A stretch of 63,088 bases of DNA, the filler included. It is 6 parts of 6 records of this genome, joined end to end, with 100 filler letters (N's around TTAATTAATTAA, not from the genome) between each part and the next. Parts side by side here need not be neighbours in the genome. Positions count along the whole stretch, not along the records: positions 1 to 11,781 come from SRR31156797_19946; 5 more parts are not named here. One strand, written 5' to 3'. The notes under the pieces are model-generated. The model did no database searches, was not told the DNA's origin, and saw nothing but the letters and a program-made list of their open reading frames with translations. The translations under genes were made by a program, and so were the position numbers. The first letter of the stretch is position 1. Each line of letters starts with the position of its first letter. Shown here piece by piece: positions 1-10,128 of this stretch.

Positions 1-165
1 GCCAAGGCCATGGCCGGCGGTATTTCCCAATCCCTGATCACCACCCAGACAGGGCTCATCGTGGCCATTCCAGGACTTTACATGAAGGGGTTTCTGGACC
101 GGCGGGCAGATACCTTGAGCCAGCGCATCCTGAGGGTGGGGCTTTATTTGAAACGACACGTATAA
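1..165 (+). CDS. exbB: MotA/TolQ/ExbB proton channel protein, C-terminal fragment (5'-truncated)
   Basis: Frame 1 reads AKAMAGGISQSLITTQTGLIVAIPG..., the ExbB/TolQ last TM pair motif; stop at 163-165; directly upstream of exbD. Confidence 0.85.
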   Translation, partial: AKAMAGGISQSLITTQTGLIVAIPGLYMKGFLDRRADTLSQRILRVGLYLKRHV

Positions 166-177
166 CAAGGAAACCCC

Positions 178-597
178 ATGTTGAACATATCGGCAAGCAG
201 ACAGCATAAAAAGGGAACCCTGGAGCTGAATATGGCTCCTCTCATTGATATGGTCTTTATCCTGCTGATCTTTTTTCTGGTTACCACCAGTTTTGTCAAG
301 GAAACCGGCATTGAGGTGACACGGCCCACAGCATCCACAGCCACTGTACGTCCCGCATCCACCATCCTCATCGCCGTGAACAACCAGAACCGGGTCTTTA
401 TGGACCACCGGGAAATAGACATCCGTGCGGTGAGGGCCAATATTGAGCGTGCCCTGGCCGAGAACCCGGAGGGTGCCGTGGTGGTGGTGGCAGACTTAGC
501 TTCGAGCACAGGCACGGCTATCCAGGTGATGGACGGTTGCCGCATGGCCGGTGCCGCCAATGTTTCCCTGGCCGCGGCACTGCCGGAGGGGCAATGA
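178..597 (+). CDS. exbD: Biopolymer transporter ExbD
   Basis: LNMAPLIDMVFILLIFFLVTTSF TM motif with conserved Asp; lies between exbB and tonB. Confidence 0.93.
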   Translation: MLNISASRQHKKGTLELNMAPLIDMVFILLIFFLVTTSFVKETGIEVTRPTASTATVRPASTILIAVNNQNRVFMDHREIDIRAVRANIERALAENPEGAVVVVADLASSTGTAIQVMDGCRMAGAANVSLAAALPEGQ

Positions 598-1280
598 ATC
601 CAAATAGCCCCGGCAGCTATTCAAGCCTTAACGGGAGTTGGCAGGCATGGGCCGGGGCCGTCACCTGTACCCTGGTTTTAAACCTGGCTTTGTTCGCATT
701 GATTCCGACCCTCATGAGGCCCCAGGCACCTCCCCAGTCCCTGGGGCCCATGATTCCCCGGATCCAGCTGACCCGGCTCAAGCCCAAAGAACCGTCTGCC
801 AAAAAAAAGCCGAAGCCCCCCAAGGAGGAAAACCAGGTTAAACCCCTGGCCAAACCCCGTACCAGTCGTCCTTCCCTCCGTGGGCTGTCCATGCCGTTTA
901 AGATTAATACCCGCCTGCCCGGCGGCCCCCAGACCCTGGCCCTGCCCGATGTCATGGGAAATTCGCTTGCCGACCTGGATCTTTCCGGCCTGTTTTTACC
1001 CGGGGATCTGGATCAGCCTTTGACAATTCTGTCCAGAATTCCGCCCATCTATCCGTTTAAGGCCAAAAACCGGGGTATCCAGGGCTGGGTGGATGTGGAG
1101 TTTGTGGTGACAGAGCAGGGTATGGTGGACAGTATTAAAATTTTATCAGCCCAGCCAAAGAAGATTTTTGACAAGAATGTTATCCAATGCCTGTCTGCCT
1201 GGCGTTTCAAGCCCGGCACCATCCGCGGTGAACCGGTGAAAACCAGGGTTCGGACACGCATCCGCTTTGAATTAAATTGA
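594..1280 (+). CDS. tonB: Energy transducer TonB
   Basis: N-terminal TM, Lys/Pro-rich linker, C-terminal PIYP...GIQGWVDVEFVV...WRFKPG TonB_C domain; ATG 594 overlaps exbD stop (ATGA). Confidence 0.9.
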   Translation: MNPNSPGSYSSLNGSWQAWAGAVTCTLVLNLALFALIPTLMRPQAPPQSLGPMIPRIQLTRLKPKEPSAKKKPKPPKEENQVKPLAKPRTSRPSLRGLSMPFKINTRLPGGPQTLALPDVMGNSLADLDLSGLFLPGDLDQPLTILSRIPPIYPFKAKNRGIQGWVDVEFVVTEQGMVDSIKILSAQPKKIFDKNVIQCLSAWRFKPGTIRGEPVKTRVRTRIRFELN

Positions 1281-1288
1281 GGTGAGAC

Positions 1289-2662
1289 ATGACAAGCCGA
1301 ATACTATTCATGATCCTGACCTGGGCAGGCCTTGTGAGCCTGGTCATTCCCCTGGCCCATGCCAAGGGAACAAAGGGGCAATCGGAAGGGGTGGCAAAGA
1401 ATTTGGCAAAAACCCTGTCCGTATCGGCCCAGCGGCAGCTCATCAAGGTCAGGGAGCTGATGGCGCAAAATGATTATAAAGGCGCCATTGCCCTGATCCG
1501 GGCCGGCAGGAAAAAATCTGGGTCTGAAACGGTCACCGGGACTTGTGTCTGCACCCACCCCCTGGTCTGCCTGGCCCTGGGAAATTCTTATCTGATGATT
1601 CCGGATTATCCCCATGCCGAATCTGCCTATCTGGCCGCCCTGGCCCTGGCACCGGATTTTATGGATGCCCGGATCAACCTGGCCAAGGTCTACTCGGACT
1701 CCGGCCAATATGACAAGGCAGCTAGGGCATTCCTTGCCGCCTATGAGCTGTCCCACGGCCAGGCAGACTATCTTTATTACAGCGGGGTCATGGCCCTGGC
1801 CCAGGGCCGGGTGAAAACCGCCATTGATCGTTTTGAACGATTGTTTGCTGCCCACCCGGACCAGGTGACCTGCCAGTGGAAGGAAAATTTTGCCAATGCC
1901 CTGATGACAGCCGGCCAATGGAAACGGGCCCTACCTTTGGTCCGGGAACTTGCAGCCCGGGGCACAGGCAAGGAAAAGATCCGATGGCAGGAAACCCTGC
2001 TCCAGATTTATCTGCAGACCGATGACCTTAAACAGGCACTTTCCTACGCCACAGGCCTTTCCAGACAAGACTGTACCGTGGCCAAGTGGTGGAAGGCTTT
2101 GGTTCATATCCAACTCAGTCTAGGTCATTACTCCCGGGCCCTGGATGACCTTATAGTATACGGATTTCTTTCTCCTTTGACCCAAGAGGAGAAAAAGCTG
2201 TTTGCAGACCTGAGCCTCCAATTGGAAATCCCGGCCCGGGCAGTTCATATGTATGAATCCATTTTGGCCGAAACCCGGGACAGTGAGGTGGATGCCAAAG
2301 GGAAAAAGCAGATGATCCAGCGGCTGGTGGCGGCCTACCGGCAGCTGGGAAAATCAGACCAGGCCCTGGCCCTGCTGGACCGGTTTGACCCCAATGCCAG
2401 TGATCCCGAACTTCTTTTGCTCAAGGGAGATCTGCTCTACGAGGCCAAAGCCTTTGAGTCGGCCAACAAGGCCTATTGCAGGGCGGCCAGAAGCGATTGT
2501 CCCCGCAAAGGCCAGGCCTGGCTCATGGCCGGATATGCGGCCTGGCAGCACAATGACATGAATGCCAGCCGCAGCGCCTTTGAAAAGGCGGCCCGGTTCA
2601 AACGGCACCGCAAGGATGCCATGGCCGCCATGGCCCAGCTGGAAAGGACAACACAGATGTAA
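1289..2662 (+). CDS. Secreted tetratricopeptide-repeat protein of the TonB locus
   Basis: Signal peptide (LAHA-K), multiple TPR-like helical repeats, usual position after tonB. Confidence 0.8.
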   Translation: MTSRILFMILTWAGLVSLVIPLAHAKGTKGQSEGVAKNLAKTLSVSAQRQLIKVRELMAQNDYKGAIALIRAGRKKSGSETVTGTCVCTHPLVCLALGNSYLMIPDYPHAESAYLAALALAPDFMDARINLAKVYSDSGQYDKAARAFLAAYELSHGQADYLYYSGVMALAQGRVKTAIDRFERLFAAHPDQVTCQWKENFANALMTAGQWKRALPLVRELAARGTGKEKIRWQETLLQIYLQTDDLKQALSYATGLSRQDCTVAKWWKALVHIQLSLGHYSRALDDLIVYGFLSPLTQEEKKLFADLSLQLEIPARAVHMYESILAETRDSEVDAKGKKQMIQRLVAAYRQLGKSDQALALLDRFDPNASDPELLLLKGDLLYEAKAFESANKAYCRAARSDCPRKGQAWLMAGYAAWQHNDMNASRSAFEKAARFKRHRKDAMAAMAQLERTTQM

Positions 2663-2701
2663 CAGGAAAATTGGACATTTGGACTGGCCTTTTTGGCAAA
2701 A

Positions 2702-2743
2702 AAAGGCAGCCGCTCTCCGGGCAAGGATTATGCGGCTGCCTTT
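2702..2743. terminator. Stem-loop, possible terminator after the exbB-exbD-tonB-TPR operon
   Basis: 12-bp inverted repeat AAAGGCAGCCGC (2702-2713) / GCGGCTGCCTTT (2732-2743), about 40 nt after the TPR stop. Confidence 0.45.
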
Positions 2744-2880
2744 GGGATATGCTCCGGGACGAATCCGGGAGACATGGTGTTTTGTTTATCACTGCGTCCT
2801 CCCCAAGTCAACAGAGCTGTCAGGGACGGCCAGCCCGAATAATATTATGATAACACCATTATTTAATCGGGAGCACGCAG

Positions 2881-4899
2881 ATGAAACACCTCACCCTTGT
2901 GTTGACAACACTTTTATTTTTATTGAATTTCAATCCTTTGTTTGCCCAGGAACCTCCGTCCGGACAGCCAACCGGTCCAGAAGAACAAGTAGACCTGGAG
3001 GATGTGGTTGTCCGGGACCAAAAGCCAAAAAAGAGAATCGCCGCACAAAGCATTTCAGCACCAACATTAGGAGAATTGGGCCATGATGTTGAAATCATCA
3101 CGGGCCAGGCGATGCAGGAGGCTGGTTTCGTTGATCTTACCAAAGCTCTGGAATCACTGGTTCCGGGATTGTATGCATCCACATCCCAGGGCCGCGGGGG
3201 ATACAACCAGGTTCGGATTCACGGAAGCAACGAGGTGCTCTGGCTCTTGGACGGTATCAGAGTAAACGCCATTCATGGCGCATTGAGCCACCCCTGGTCC
3301 TATTCCCTCAGCGTGCATATGGTTGACCGGGTGGAAATCCTCAAGGGCGGGGAAGGCTTGTTCTACGGCACCGGGGCCAGGGGCGGCGTCATCAATATCA
3401 TCACCAAGAGTATTACCAAGGAAACCAGCGGTGAGTTCGGAACCTCATTCGGGGAGGACGGATATCGGGAAGTCTACGGCAATGTCTCAGAGACCTTTGC
3501 CGGACATGGGTTTATGGCCTTTGGGAGCCACGAGGCATATGACGGATATAATGTTGCCGATGACCAGGCATATGCGGATTTTTTTAATACCTATGGCAAC
3601 AAAAGTATCGGGTCAGACCGAACCACAGGCGGGGTTAAATACCAAAAGGAATTTGACCTGGCCGGTACCAGCGTATTGAACGCCCAATACCGCAGACAGC
3701 AGGGGTATTTTGACTACCCCAATCCCAACTACAGGACAGCCAAATTTGACTGGAACGAGGATGTCAGTTCCCTGCAATGGGATCACGATGTAAACCATCA
3801 TTTTTCCTATCACATTACATCCTATCTGCACCGGTGGTGGGCTGAACTGACCCAACAGAATATAAACGGTTCCTTTCTGTATAATGCCGAACCTGTTGAC
3901 TGCGAGGCCTTTGGCGTCAATTTCATGACCAGCACCCGCTGGGGGCAGGGCCATGAGGTCGTTACCGGGATTGATTATCGCACCTATGTGGGAAGTTTTC
4001 AGTGGTTCTACGGCCACGATTTTGACCGGGTACAGGACTATGGCTTTTTTGCCAGTTACCGGCCCTACCTGGCCTTTTCCCCCAAGACCCGTCTTGCCAT
4101 GAGCGCCCGGCACACCATGACCAGCGAGGATGCTAACTCCACGATCTGGGATGTCAGTGTAAAGACCCCCATCACCGGCCCTACCTATGTCCGGGCCAGC
4201 GTTAGAACGGATTTTACCCTTCCCACCTTGGGCCAGCTCTCAGGAGATGTGCCTGCCTGGGGCATCATCAGCAACCCGGATCTGGAACCTGAGGAGAGCG
4301 TGAATGCCCAGGCAGGAATTGGGGGGGACTGGCAGTATTTTAATTGTTATGCCGGTTATTTTTTCAGTGAGGTGGACAATATGATCCAAAGTGTTGTCCT
4401 TTCCAGTGGAGATTCAACCTATAGGAATGTGGACGGAAGGACCCGCATCGACGGCGTGGAAGTGTCGGCCGGCATTGGCCCCTTCAACGGATTTTCATTT
4501 GATGTCAACGCCAACTGGACCAATGCTGAAGACGGGGATACCGGCCAGCAGCTGGAGCAGATTCCGGAATTCAACAGCAGTGCCAATCTCAGATACCGCT
4601 ACAAGGACGGCAGGTTTGGTGCCGACCTGGTGACAAGGTATACCGGAGATATCTACGAGAGGGAGTTGGGCAGCCATGCTGATATCAACTACGGCAACTA
4701 TTTTGTGGTGGATACATCTGCCTTTGTCACCTTTGGCAGGGATAAACGGCACAGGGTGACCCTGCGCCTGGAAAACCTCTTTGACAAGGACTATGCCAAT
4801 GGGTATGGCCGGGCCCGGAATACCGCAGGGGACTACCATGTGTATAAACAATACGGGCTGCCCAGAAACCTGGTCCTTGGATACAACTATACCTTTTAA
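2881..4899 (+). CDS. TonB-dependent outer-membrane receptor (BtuB/CirA-like)
   Basis: Signal peptide, TonB-box-like EDVVV, plug motif VDRVEILKGGEGLFYGTGARGGVINIITK, LRLENLFDKDY and terminal YNYTF. Confidence 0.93.
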   Translation: MKHLTLVLTTLLFLLNFNPLFAQEPPSGQPTGPEEQVDLEDVVVRDQKPKKRIAAQSISAPTLGELGHDVEIITGQAMQEAGFVDLTKALESLVPGLYASTSQGRGGYNQVRIHGSNEVLWLLDGIRVNAIHGALSHPWSYSLSVHMVDRVEILKGGEGLFYGTGARGGVINIITKSITKETSGEFGTSFGEDGYREVYGNVSETFAGHGFMAFGSHEAYDGYNVADDQAYADFFNTYGNKSIGSDRTTGGVKYQKEFDLAGTSVLNAQYRRQQGYFDYPNPNYRTAKFDWNEDVSSLQWDHDVNHHFSYHITSYLHRWWAELTQQNINGSFLYNAEPVDCEAFGVNFMTSTRWGQGHEVVTGIDYRTYVGSFQWFYGHDFDRVQDYGFFASYRPYLAFSPKTRLAMSARHTMTSEDANSTIWDVSVKTPITGPTYVRASVRTDFTLPTLGQLSGDVPAWGIISNPDLEPEESVNAQAGIGGDWQYFNCYAGYFFSEVDNMIQSVVLSSGDSTYRNVDGRTRIDGVEVSAGIGPFNGFSFDVNANWTNAEDGDTGQQLEQIPEFNSSANLRYRYKDGRFGADLVTRYTGDIYERELGSHADINYGNYFVVDTSAFVTFGRDKRHRVTLRLENLFDKDYANGYGRARNTAGDYHVYKQYGLPRNLVLGYNYTF

Positions 4900-4909
4900 C
4901 AGGAGTTGA

Positions 4910-5782
4910 ATGATGAATACCGACGCAGACATGATCCAAACAGCAGACTGGAACCACCTGTGGAAAGAAAAGTTACTTGGTGCCTCCTGGAGAAGGCGGC
5001 AAAAGGATCCGGTGGCTTATTTTGACTCAAAGGCCAAATGGTACAACCAAGTGGTCATGGGCCGGACCAATCATGTACAGGCGATTTTGGACAGGCTTGC
5101 TGTGGATCATGGCTGTTCGGTTCTTGATATTGGATCGGGCCCCGGACTTTTGTCCATCCCGCTGGCAAAAACAGCAGGAAAAATAACAGCCATTGATCCC
5201 TCGGAACAGATGCTCCATTACCTAAAGGAGAATGTCCAAAAACAAGGCATCAAAAACATAACCTGCCTGAATAAAAGGTGGGAGGATGTGAGGATCGGAA
5301 AAGATATAGAAACCCATGATATTGTGATCGCCTCCCATTCCCTTGCCATGCTGGACATTCAAGAGGCGTTTTTCAAAATGAACAGGGCTGCAAACCAACG
5401 GGTTTATCTTTTTGCCTTTGCAGGGAATCAGGCATCGGATTACCGGGAACTCTGGCCCAAATTGTACAATGAGGCATTTGTGCCGGGCCCGGATTACATC
5501 TTTATTGTGAACATCCTCTATCAAATGGGGATAACCGCCAATGTGAAAGTTTGGGAACACAATTCCAGGAATCGCATATCCAGCCTGGATGAGGCGGTAA
5601 AGGAGCGGCTTGCCTACTTTGACTCCCCTTTGCCCTCTGCCCAAAAAATTATCCGGGAATACCTTACCCAAAAAATGGTTAGAGAAAAAGATGCCCTTTG
5701 GACGGAACAGAGGACAAAGACCGCCATGATCTGGTGGGAGAAAAAAACAGGAGATCAAGGGGATGTTAAAAAAAATAATTAG
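4910..5782 (+). CDS. Class I SAM-dependent methyltransferase
   Basis: VLDIGSGPG motif I, TAIDPSEQML motif II, DIVIASHSL. Confidence 0.88.
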   Translation: MMNTDADMIQTADWNHLWKEKLLGASWRRRQKDPVAYFDSKAKWYNQVVMGRTNHVQAILDRLAVDHGCSVLDIGSGPGLLSIPLAKTAGKITAIDPSEQMLHYLKENVQKQGIKNITCLNKRWEDVRIGKDIETHDIVIASHSLAMLDIQEAFFKMNRAANQRVYLFAFAGNQASDYRELWPKLYNEAFVPGPDYIFIVNILYQMGITANVKVWEHNSRNRISSLDEAVKERLAYFDSPLPSAQKIIREYLTQKMVREKDALWTEQRTKTAMIWWEKKTGDQGDVKKNN

Positions 5783-6458
5783 CGCCAGGCTTTCCATGCC
5801 GGGCAGGAAGATTTCAGGATTGGGCAAGATTATTATCGTGGTGATCCTTTTTTCCATGGTTGCCGTTCCGGCATGGGCTAAGCAGGCAAAGGTCAGGGTG
5901 ACTGCCCCGGAAAGTGTGTCAGGGACCTTTGATATGACCATAGACATAGCCAATGCCCTTGATCTGGACTCGGGGCAATTTGACCTGGAATTTGATCCGG
6001 ATATGATCCGGGTGATGGATGTCACAGACGGGAACATTGCAGGCATAGACATTCCTGTGGCCCTGTGGACATCCCTGGGGCCGGGCAGAATAAGGGTTCT
6101 TTTCAATCTGCCCGAAGTTCAAGGCATCAGCGGCACCGGATACCTGGTAAGCATTCATGCCCGTGCCATCGGGAAAATGGGGGATGTCCCAGGTCTCACC
6201 ATCACTGGAGGCCTGCTTGTGAATAAGCAGGCGAACCAGATTCCGGCGGAATGGATCAATGGCAAGGTGAAAATTCAGACCTATGTGCCTGATTCTGATC
6301 CGGTTTTGGCCCCCGAAAACCAGCAGCCCCCCGGTCCTGAAACTGAACCCCATGGCATCTCCGTATCCACGCCCCTGGCCGTGGGGGGACTTGTGGCCCT
6401 GGCTGTTGTCCCAAGTCTTTTTCTGTTCTTGTTCAGACGGGGGCGCAATAAAAATTAA
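5763..6458 (+). CDS. Single-cohesin-domain protein with signal peptide and C-terminal membrane anchor
   Basis: Signal peptide (PAWA-K); beta-sandwich with cohesin-type LDSGQFDLEFDPDMIRVMDVTDG and GISGTGYLVSIH; Pro-rich linker; C-terminal hydrophobic helix plus RRGRNKN. Confidence 0.8.
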   Translation: MLKKIISARLSMPGRKISGLGKIIIVVILFSMVAVPAWAKQAKVRVTAPESVSGTFDMTIDIANALDLDSGQFDLEFDPDMIRVMDVTDGNIAGIDIPVALWTSLGPGRIRVLFNLPEVQGISGTGYLVSIHARAIGKMGDVPGLTITGGLLVNKQANQIPAEWINGKVKIQTYVPDSDPVLAPENQQPPGPETEPHGISVSTPLAVGGLVALAVVPSLFLFLFRRGRNKN

Positions 6459-6459
6459 A

Positions 6460-7734
6460 ATGCCAGTTCCCATCCGAATCATCATAATAGCTCTCGCTCT
6501 TACCCTGACGGGTGTGACAGGGCAACCGGCTCTAGCTACAGCTTCAGATCCCGGTGTCCTGGGCATATTCGGCAATGCCAATGGAGACCATGCCATAGAC
6601 ATGAGGGATGTGACCTGTATTGAACAGATCATCCAGGGGCTTCGTCCCCCGGGTTCCCTGGCAGATGCCAGGTATGACAACAGGGTGGATACCCTGGATG
6701 TGACCCTGACCCAGCAGATTATTTTGGGAAATGAACCAGCGATTACTCTGTTAGACGAAACAGGATCGCCCTTGACCGTGTCCATGCCGGTAAGGCGCGT
6801 CATTCCCGAGCATATTACATCCCTTGAGGCTGTGCGGGTGGTGGGTGCAACCCAAAAGCTGGTCAGTATCGGATCAACCGCCGTTAAAACGTCCATGGGG
6901 CCGGTTTACCTCCAGAACCTTGCCGGGCTGCCCACCATCGGAGCCTATGCCCAGCCCGACCATGAGGCCATACTTAGCCTGAACCCTGATCTGGTGATCG
7001 CATACCGCTGCCGCATCCTAAAGGAAAAGCTTCCGGGTGTTGCCCTGTTTTACGGGGGATATGGGGAACCGTATCCTCCGGAGTACCTTGAAACAGATAT
7101 GATTAAGCTTGGCTATCTTCTCGATAAAAGGGAGAAGGCCCGGGCCTATGTGGATTGGTATACCGGTTACCTGGACATGATCAAGGGCCGGGTCGCCCCA
7201 TTGTCGGAGGATGAAAAGCCAAAGGTATACGTTTTTTACCCGCTTACCGGACTGTACAAGTGCAGGGGGAATTATCCGCCCGTTCAAATTGCAGGGGGGA
7301 TTAACATTGGATCCAATCTGGGGCCCGGGTTTGCCGTTGATGTGGATCCTGAATGGGTGATTGCCCAAAATCCGGATGTGATGATTTCCACCGTCATTCC
7401 GGACAAGGGCGCCTATGAAACAGATGATCTGTCCAAAATGGCAGCGCAACGTGACTCAATTTTGAACCGCCCGGAACTGGCAGGGGTCAGTGCTGTAAAG
7501 AAAGGGAAGGTCTATTGCCTGAACACCTATGCCCTGGGGCTGTTTCCAAACTATATTCTATCCATTGCATACTATGCAAAATGGTTTCACCCCGATCTGT
7601 TTAAGGACCTGGATCCCCGGGCAGTTCACCAGGAATATCTGGACAGATTCCAGCAGATGGATTTTCAGGTCAATGCCCATGGTGTGTTTGTGTATCCTCC
7701 CCCAAAGCCGCTGCCCTTAAATCCAGGGCTTTAA
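6460..7734 (+). CDS. Fe-siderophore/cobalamin-type (Peripla_BP_2) ABC substrate-binding protein with N-terminal dockerin
   Basis: ATG 6460 follows the cohesin stop; signal peptide; duplicated Ca-loop/helix GNANGDHAIDMRDV...ADARYDNRVDTLDV; SBP motifs PDHEAILSLNPDLVI, VDPEWVIAQNPDV, AVKKGKVY. Confidence 0.87.
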   Translation: MPVPIRIIIIALALTLTGVTGQPALATASDPGVLGIFGNANGDHAIDMRDVTCIEQIIQGLRPPGSLADARYDNRVDTLDVTLTQQIILGNEPAITLLDETGSPLTVSMPVRRVIPEHITSLEAVRVVGATQKLVSIGSTAVKTSMGPVYLQNLAGLPTIGAYAQPDHEAILSLNPDLVIAYRCRILKEKLPGVALFYGGYGEPYPPEYLETDMIKLGYLLDKREKARAYVDWYTGYLDMIKGRVAPLSEDEKPKVYVFYPLTGLYKCRGNYPPVQIAGGINIGSNLGPGFAVDVDPEWVIAQNPDVMISTVIPDKGAYETDDLSKMAAQRDSILNRPELAGVSAVKKGKVYCLNTYALGLFPNYILSIAYYAKWFHPDLFKDLDPRAVHQEYLDRFQQMDFQVNAHGVFVYPPPKPLPLNPGL

Positions 7735-7777
7735 AATTCAGGGGTGGTTTGTCAATGATAACAAAGGAGAAAGAAAA

Positions 7778-9040
7778 ATGGGGAAGAAAAACCTGGCCTG
7801 CATGTTTTTCGGCATATTGCTGATGGCATGGATACCCATGGCAGAAACTGCAGCCAGGGGGGTACAACACCACCGACTTGATGTTTTTGGCAATGCCAAT
7901 GAAGATCCTGTCCTGGACATGCGGGATGTGACCTATACCGAGCGCATCATCCAGGGACTTGCACCCCCAAGCAGATTGGCCGATGCCCAAGATGACGGCA
8001 GGGTTGACATCCAGGACATCACCCAGACCCAACTGATCATTGCCGGAAAAGAAAAAAAACTCACGATTCTGGACAATGACGAAGATGCGGTTACCATTCC
8101 CAAGCCCGTGAAACGGGTGATCCCCGATCACATGACAGCTCTTTCCGCCATGCAGGTACTCCATGCAGAGGGTATGGTCGTGGGCATTGATACAGCAGTT
8201 AAAAAGCACATGGGACCCATCTTTTTACAGGATCTTGCCCATCTGCCCCTGATCGGAGATTTTTCCAATCCTGACTACGAAGCCGTGCTTAGCCTTAAGC
8301 CTGATGTTTATCTTGCCTATCGCTCCATTTACGGTCCTGGGGGAAAAAAGGCATTAAGGGAAAAGCTTCCGGGCGTAACCGTGATTGAGACCGGTTTTTA
8401 TACCCCCTACAACCCAGATAACCTTGAAACTGATATGCGAAAACTTGGATATATCCTTGATAAAAGGGAGGAGGCCGAAGCCTATATTGGCTGGTACAAA
8501 GGTTATCTGCACATGATCAGGGAACGGATTGCCACATTGTCAATAGAGGAAAAACCAAGGGTTTTCCCTGCGCCCGGCTGGGACCTTTACAATTGCATTG
8601 CCAGTTTTCGACTGGCTGACATTGCCGGAGGGATAAATATCTGTTCCGGCCTGGGACCGACCTATGCCACGGTGGATCCTGAGTGGATGATCAAACAGAA
8701 TCCTGAAGTTATCCTCAAACAGAGTTTTTCCTCAAAGGCCTATGATACGGATGATCCTTTTGCCATGATTGCCGAACGTGAAGACATCATGAACCGGCCT
8801 GAGCTTGCCGAAATTGAGGCGATCAAAAAGAACCGGGTTTATCTATGGCATATGTACACCAGCGGCATGTTTCCCAACGACATTATCACCATTGCGCATA
8901 TTGCAAAATGGCTTCATCCCCATTTGTTTGAAGATCTGGATCCCCAAAGGATTCACCAGGAGTATGTGGATAGATTCTCTTGCCTGGACTTTAATGTAAA
9001 AAAACACGGCGTGTTTGTATATCCGCCTTTGGAGAATTAA
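7778..9040 (+). CDS. Second dockerin-bearing ABC substrate-binding protein (paralog of 6460-7734)
   Basis: GNANEDPVLDMRDV...ADAQDDGRVDIQDI repeats; PDYEAVLSLKPDV, VDPEWMIKQNPEV; shared C-terminus HP.LF.DLDP...HQEY.DRF. Confidence 0.87.
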   Translation: MGKKNLACMFFGILLMAWIPMAETAARGVQHHRLDVFGNANEDPVLDMRDVTYTERIIQGLAPPSRLADAQDDGRVDIQDITQTQLIIAGKEKKLTILDNDEDAVTIPKPVKRVIPDHMTALSAMQVLHAEGMVVGIDTAVKKHMGPIFLQDLAHLPLIGDFSNPDYEAVLSLKPDVYLAYRSIYGPGGKKALREKLPGVTVIETGFYTPYNPDNLETDMRKLGYILDKREEAEAYIGWYKGYLHMIRERIATLSIEEKPRVFPAPGWDLYNCIASFRLADIAGGINICSGLGPTYATVDPEWMIKQNPEVILKQSFSSKAYDTDDPFAMIAEREDIMNRPELAEIEAIKKNRVYLWHMYTSGMFPNDIITIAHIAKWLHPHLFEDLDPQRIHQEYVDRFSCLDFNVKKHGVFVYPPLEN

Positions 9041-9042
9041 TT

Positions 9043-10128
9043 ATGGCAGACAGCAGCCCTGGAATCAACGGACCAGACACCAGCGCAATTGATGAAAAAT
9101 ACATGGCATTTACCGGAAAAAAGGTCTCATTTATCCTTGCCCTTTTCCCGCTGATATTGCTTATTGCAGGAATAGCAACATCCCTGGGGTCCGCAGACCT
9201 CACCCTGGGGGAAGCATATACGGCCTTGCTGCATCAATTTTTTCCAGATTATTTCCAGTCAAACTGGCTGGCCCAGACCTGTGTATGGGAGTTAAGGCTT
9301 CCTCGAATCCTCATGGGAATTCTGGCGGGAACAGGTCTTGGTTTTTCCGGGTGCATTATCCAGGGCGTCCTCAGGAATCCTTTGGCCTCCCCTTACACCC
9401 TGGGAATTTCCTCGGGCGCCGGATTCGGCGCATCCCTGGCCATACTGGCCGGCAGTGGTCTTGGCGGAGGCCAGTATCTGGTCATAGGGAGTGCCTTTGT
9501 CTTTGCCCTGATCAGTTCATTTATTATCATCGGCCTGGCAAGTCAGAGGGGAGCAAGGCCTGAAACCATGATACTCGCAGGTATTGCCATGACCTGCCTC
9601 TTTGGTTCAGCCACGACAATCCTCCAGTATTTTGGAGAAGCCGAGGCGGTGAAAGAGGCGGTATTCTGGATGGTGGGAGACCTTGGCAGGGCATCCTGGA
9701 ACAAATTATCCATTGTATTTGCGGTACTGGTTGTCTGCCTTCCCCTGCTTTTATGGAAGTCCTGGGACCTCAATGTCATCGGCGGAGGAGATGAGTCTGC
9801 CCAAAGTCTTGGTGTCAATGTGAAGCGTACCAGGATTTTTGTGATGATCATATCCACCCTTATGGTGGCAAGCATTGTCTGTTTTACCGGAACCATCGGA
9901 TTCATAGGCCTGGTTGCGCCGCACATGGTTCGAATGATTATTGGGGGGGATAACCGGTTTCTACTGCCTGCATCAGGACTTCTTGGTGCGGTATTGCTTG
10001 TGGTGTCAGATACCGTGGCCAGAAGAATCATGGCACCGGTTATTCTGCCTGTGGGTACCCTGACAGCCTTCCTGGGAGTTCCCATGTTTATTTACCTGAT
10101 TATGAGGAAAAGGAGAGACTACTTTTGA
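9043..10128 (+). CDS. FecCD/BtuC-family ABC permease
   Basis: WELRLPRILMG, RNPLASPYTLGISSGA, G.IGFIGLVAPH, LPVGTLTAFLGVP motifs. Confidence 0.93.
   Translation: MADSSPGINGPDTSAIDEKYMAFTGKKVSFILALFPLILLIAGIATSLGSADLTLGEAYTALLHQFFPDYFQSNWLAQTCVWELRLPRILMGILAGTGLGFSGCIIQGVLRNPLASPYTLGISSGAGFGASLAILAGSGLGGGQYLVIGSAFVFALISSFIIIGLASQRGARPETMILAGIAMTCLFGSATTILQYFGEAEAVKEAVFWMVGDLGRASWNKLSIVFAVLVVCLPLLLWKSWDLNVIGGGDESAQSLGVNVKRTRIFVMIISTLMVASIVCFTGTIGFIGLVAPHMVRMIIGGDNRFLLPASGLLGAVLLVVSDTVARRIMAPVILPVGTLTAFLGVPMFIYLIMRKRRDYF

Noticed and set aside
2663-2880. Cobalamin riboswitch or Fur box upstream of the TonB-dependent receptor
   Set aside because: No B12-box or conserved core found; the AT-rich TATTATGATAACACCATTA matches only about 10/19 of the Fur consensus
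6283-6459. Extended N-terminus of the first SBP given in the ORF track
   Set aside because: Overlaps the cohesin gene; the signal peptide begins at ATG 6460
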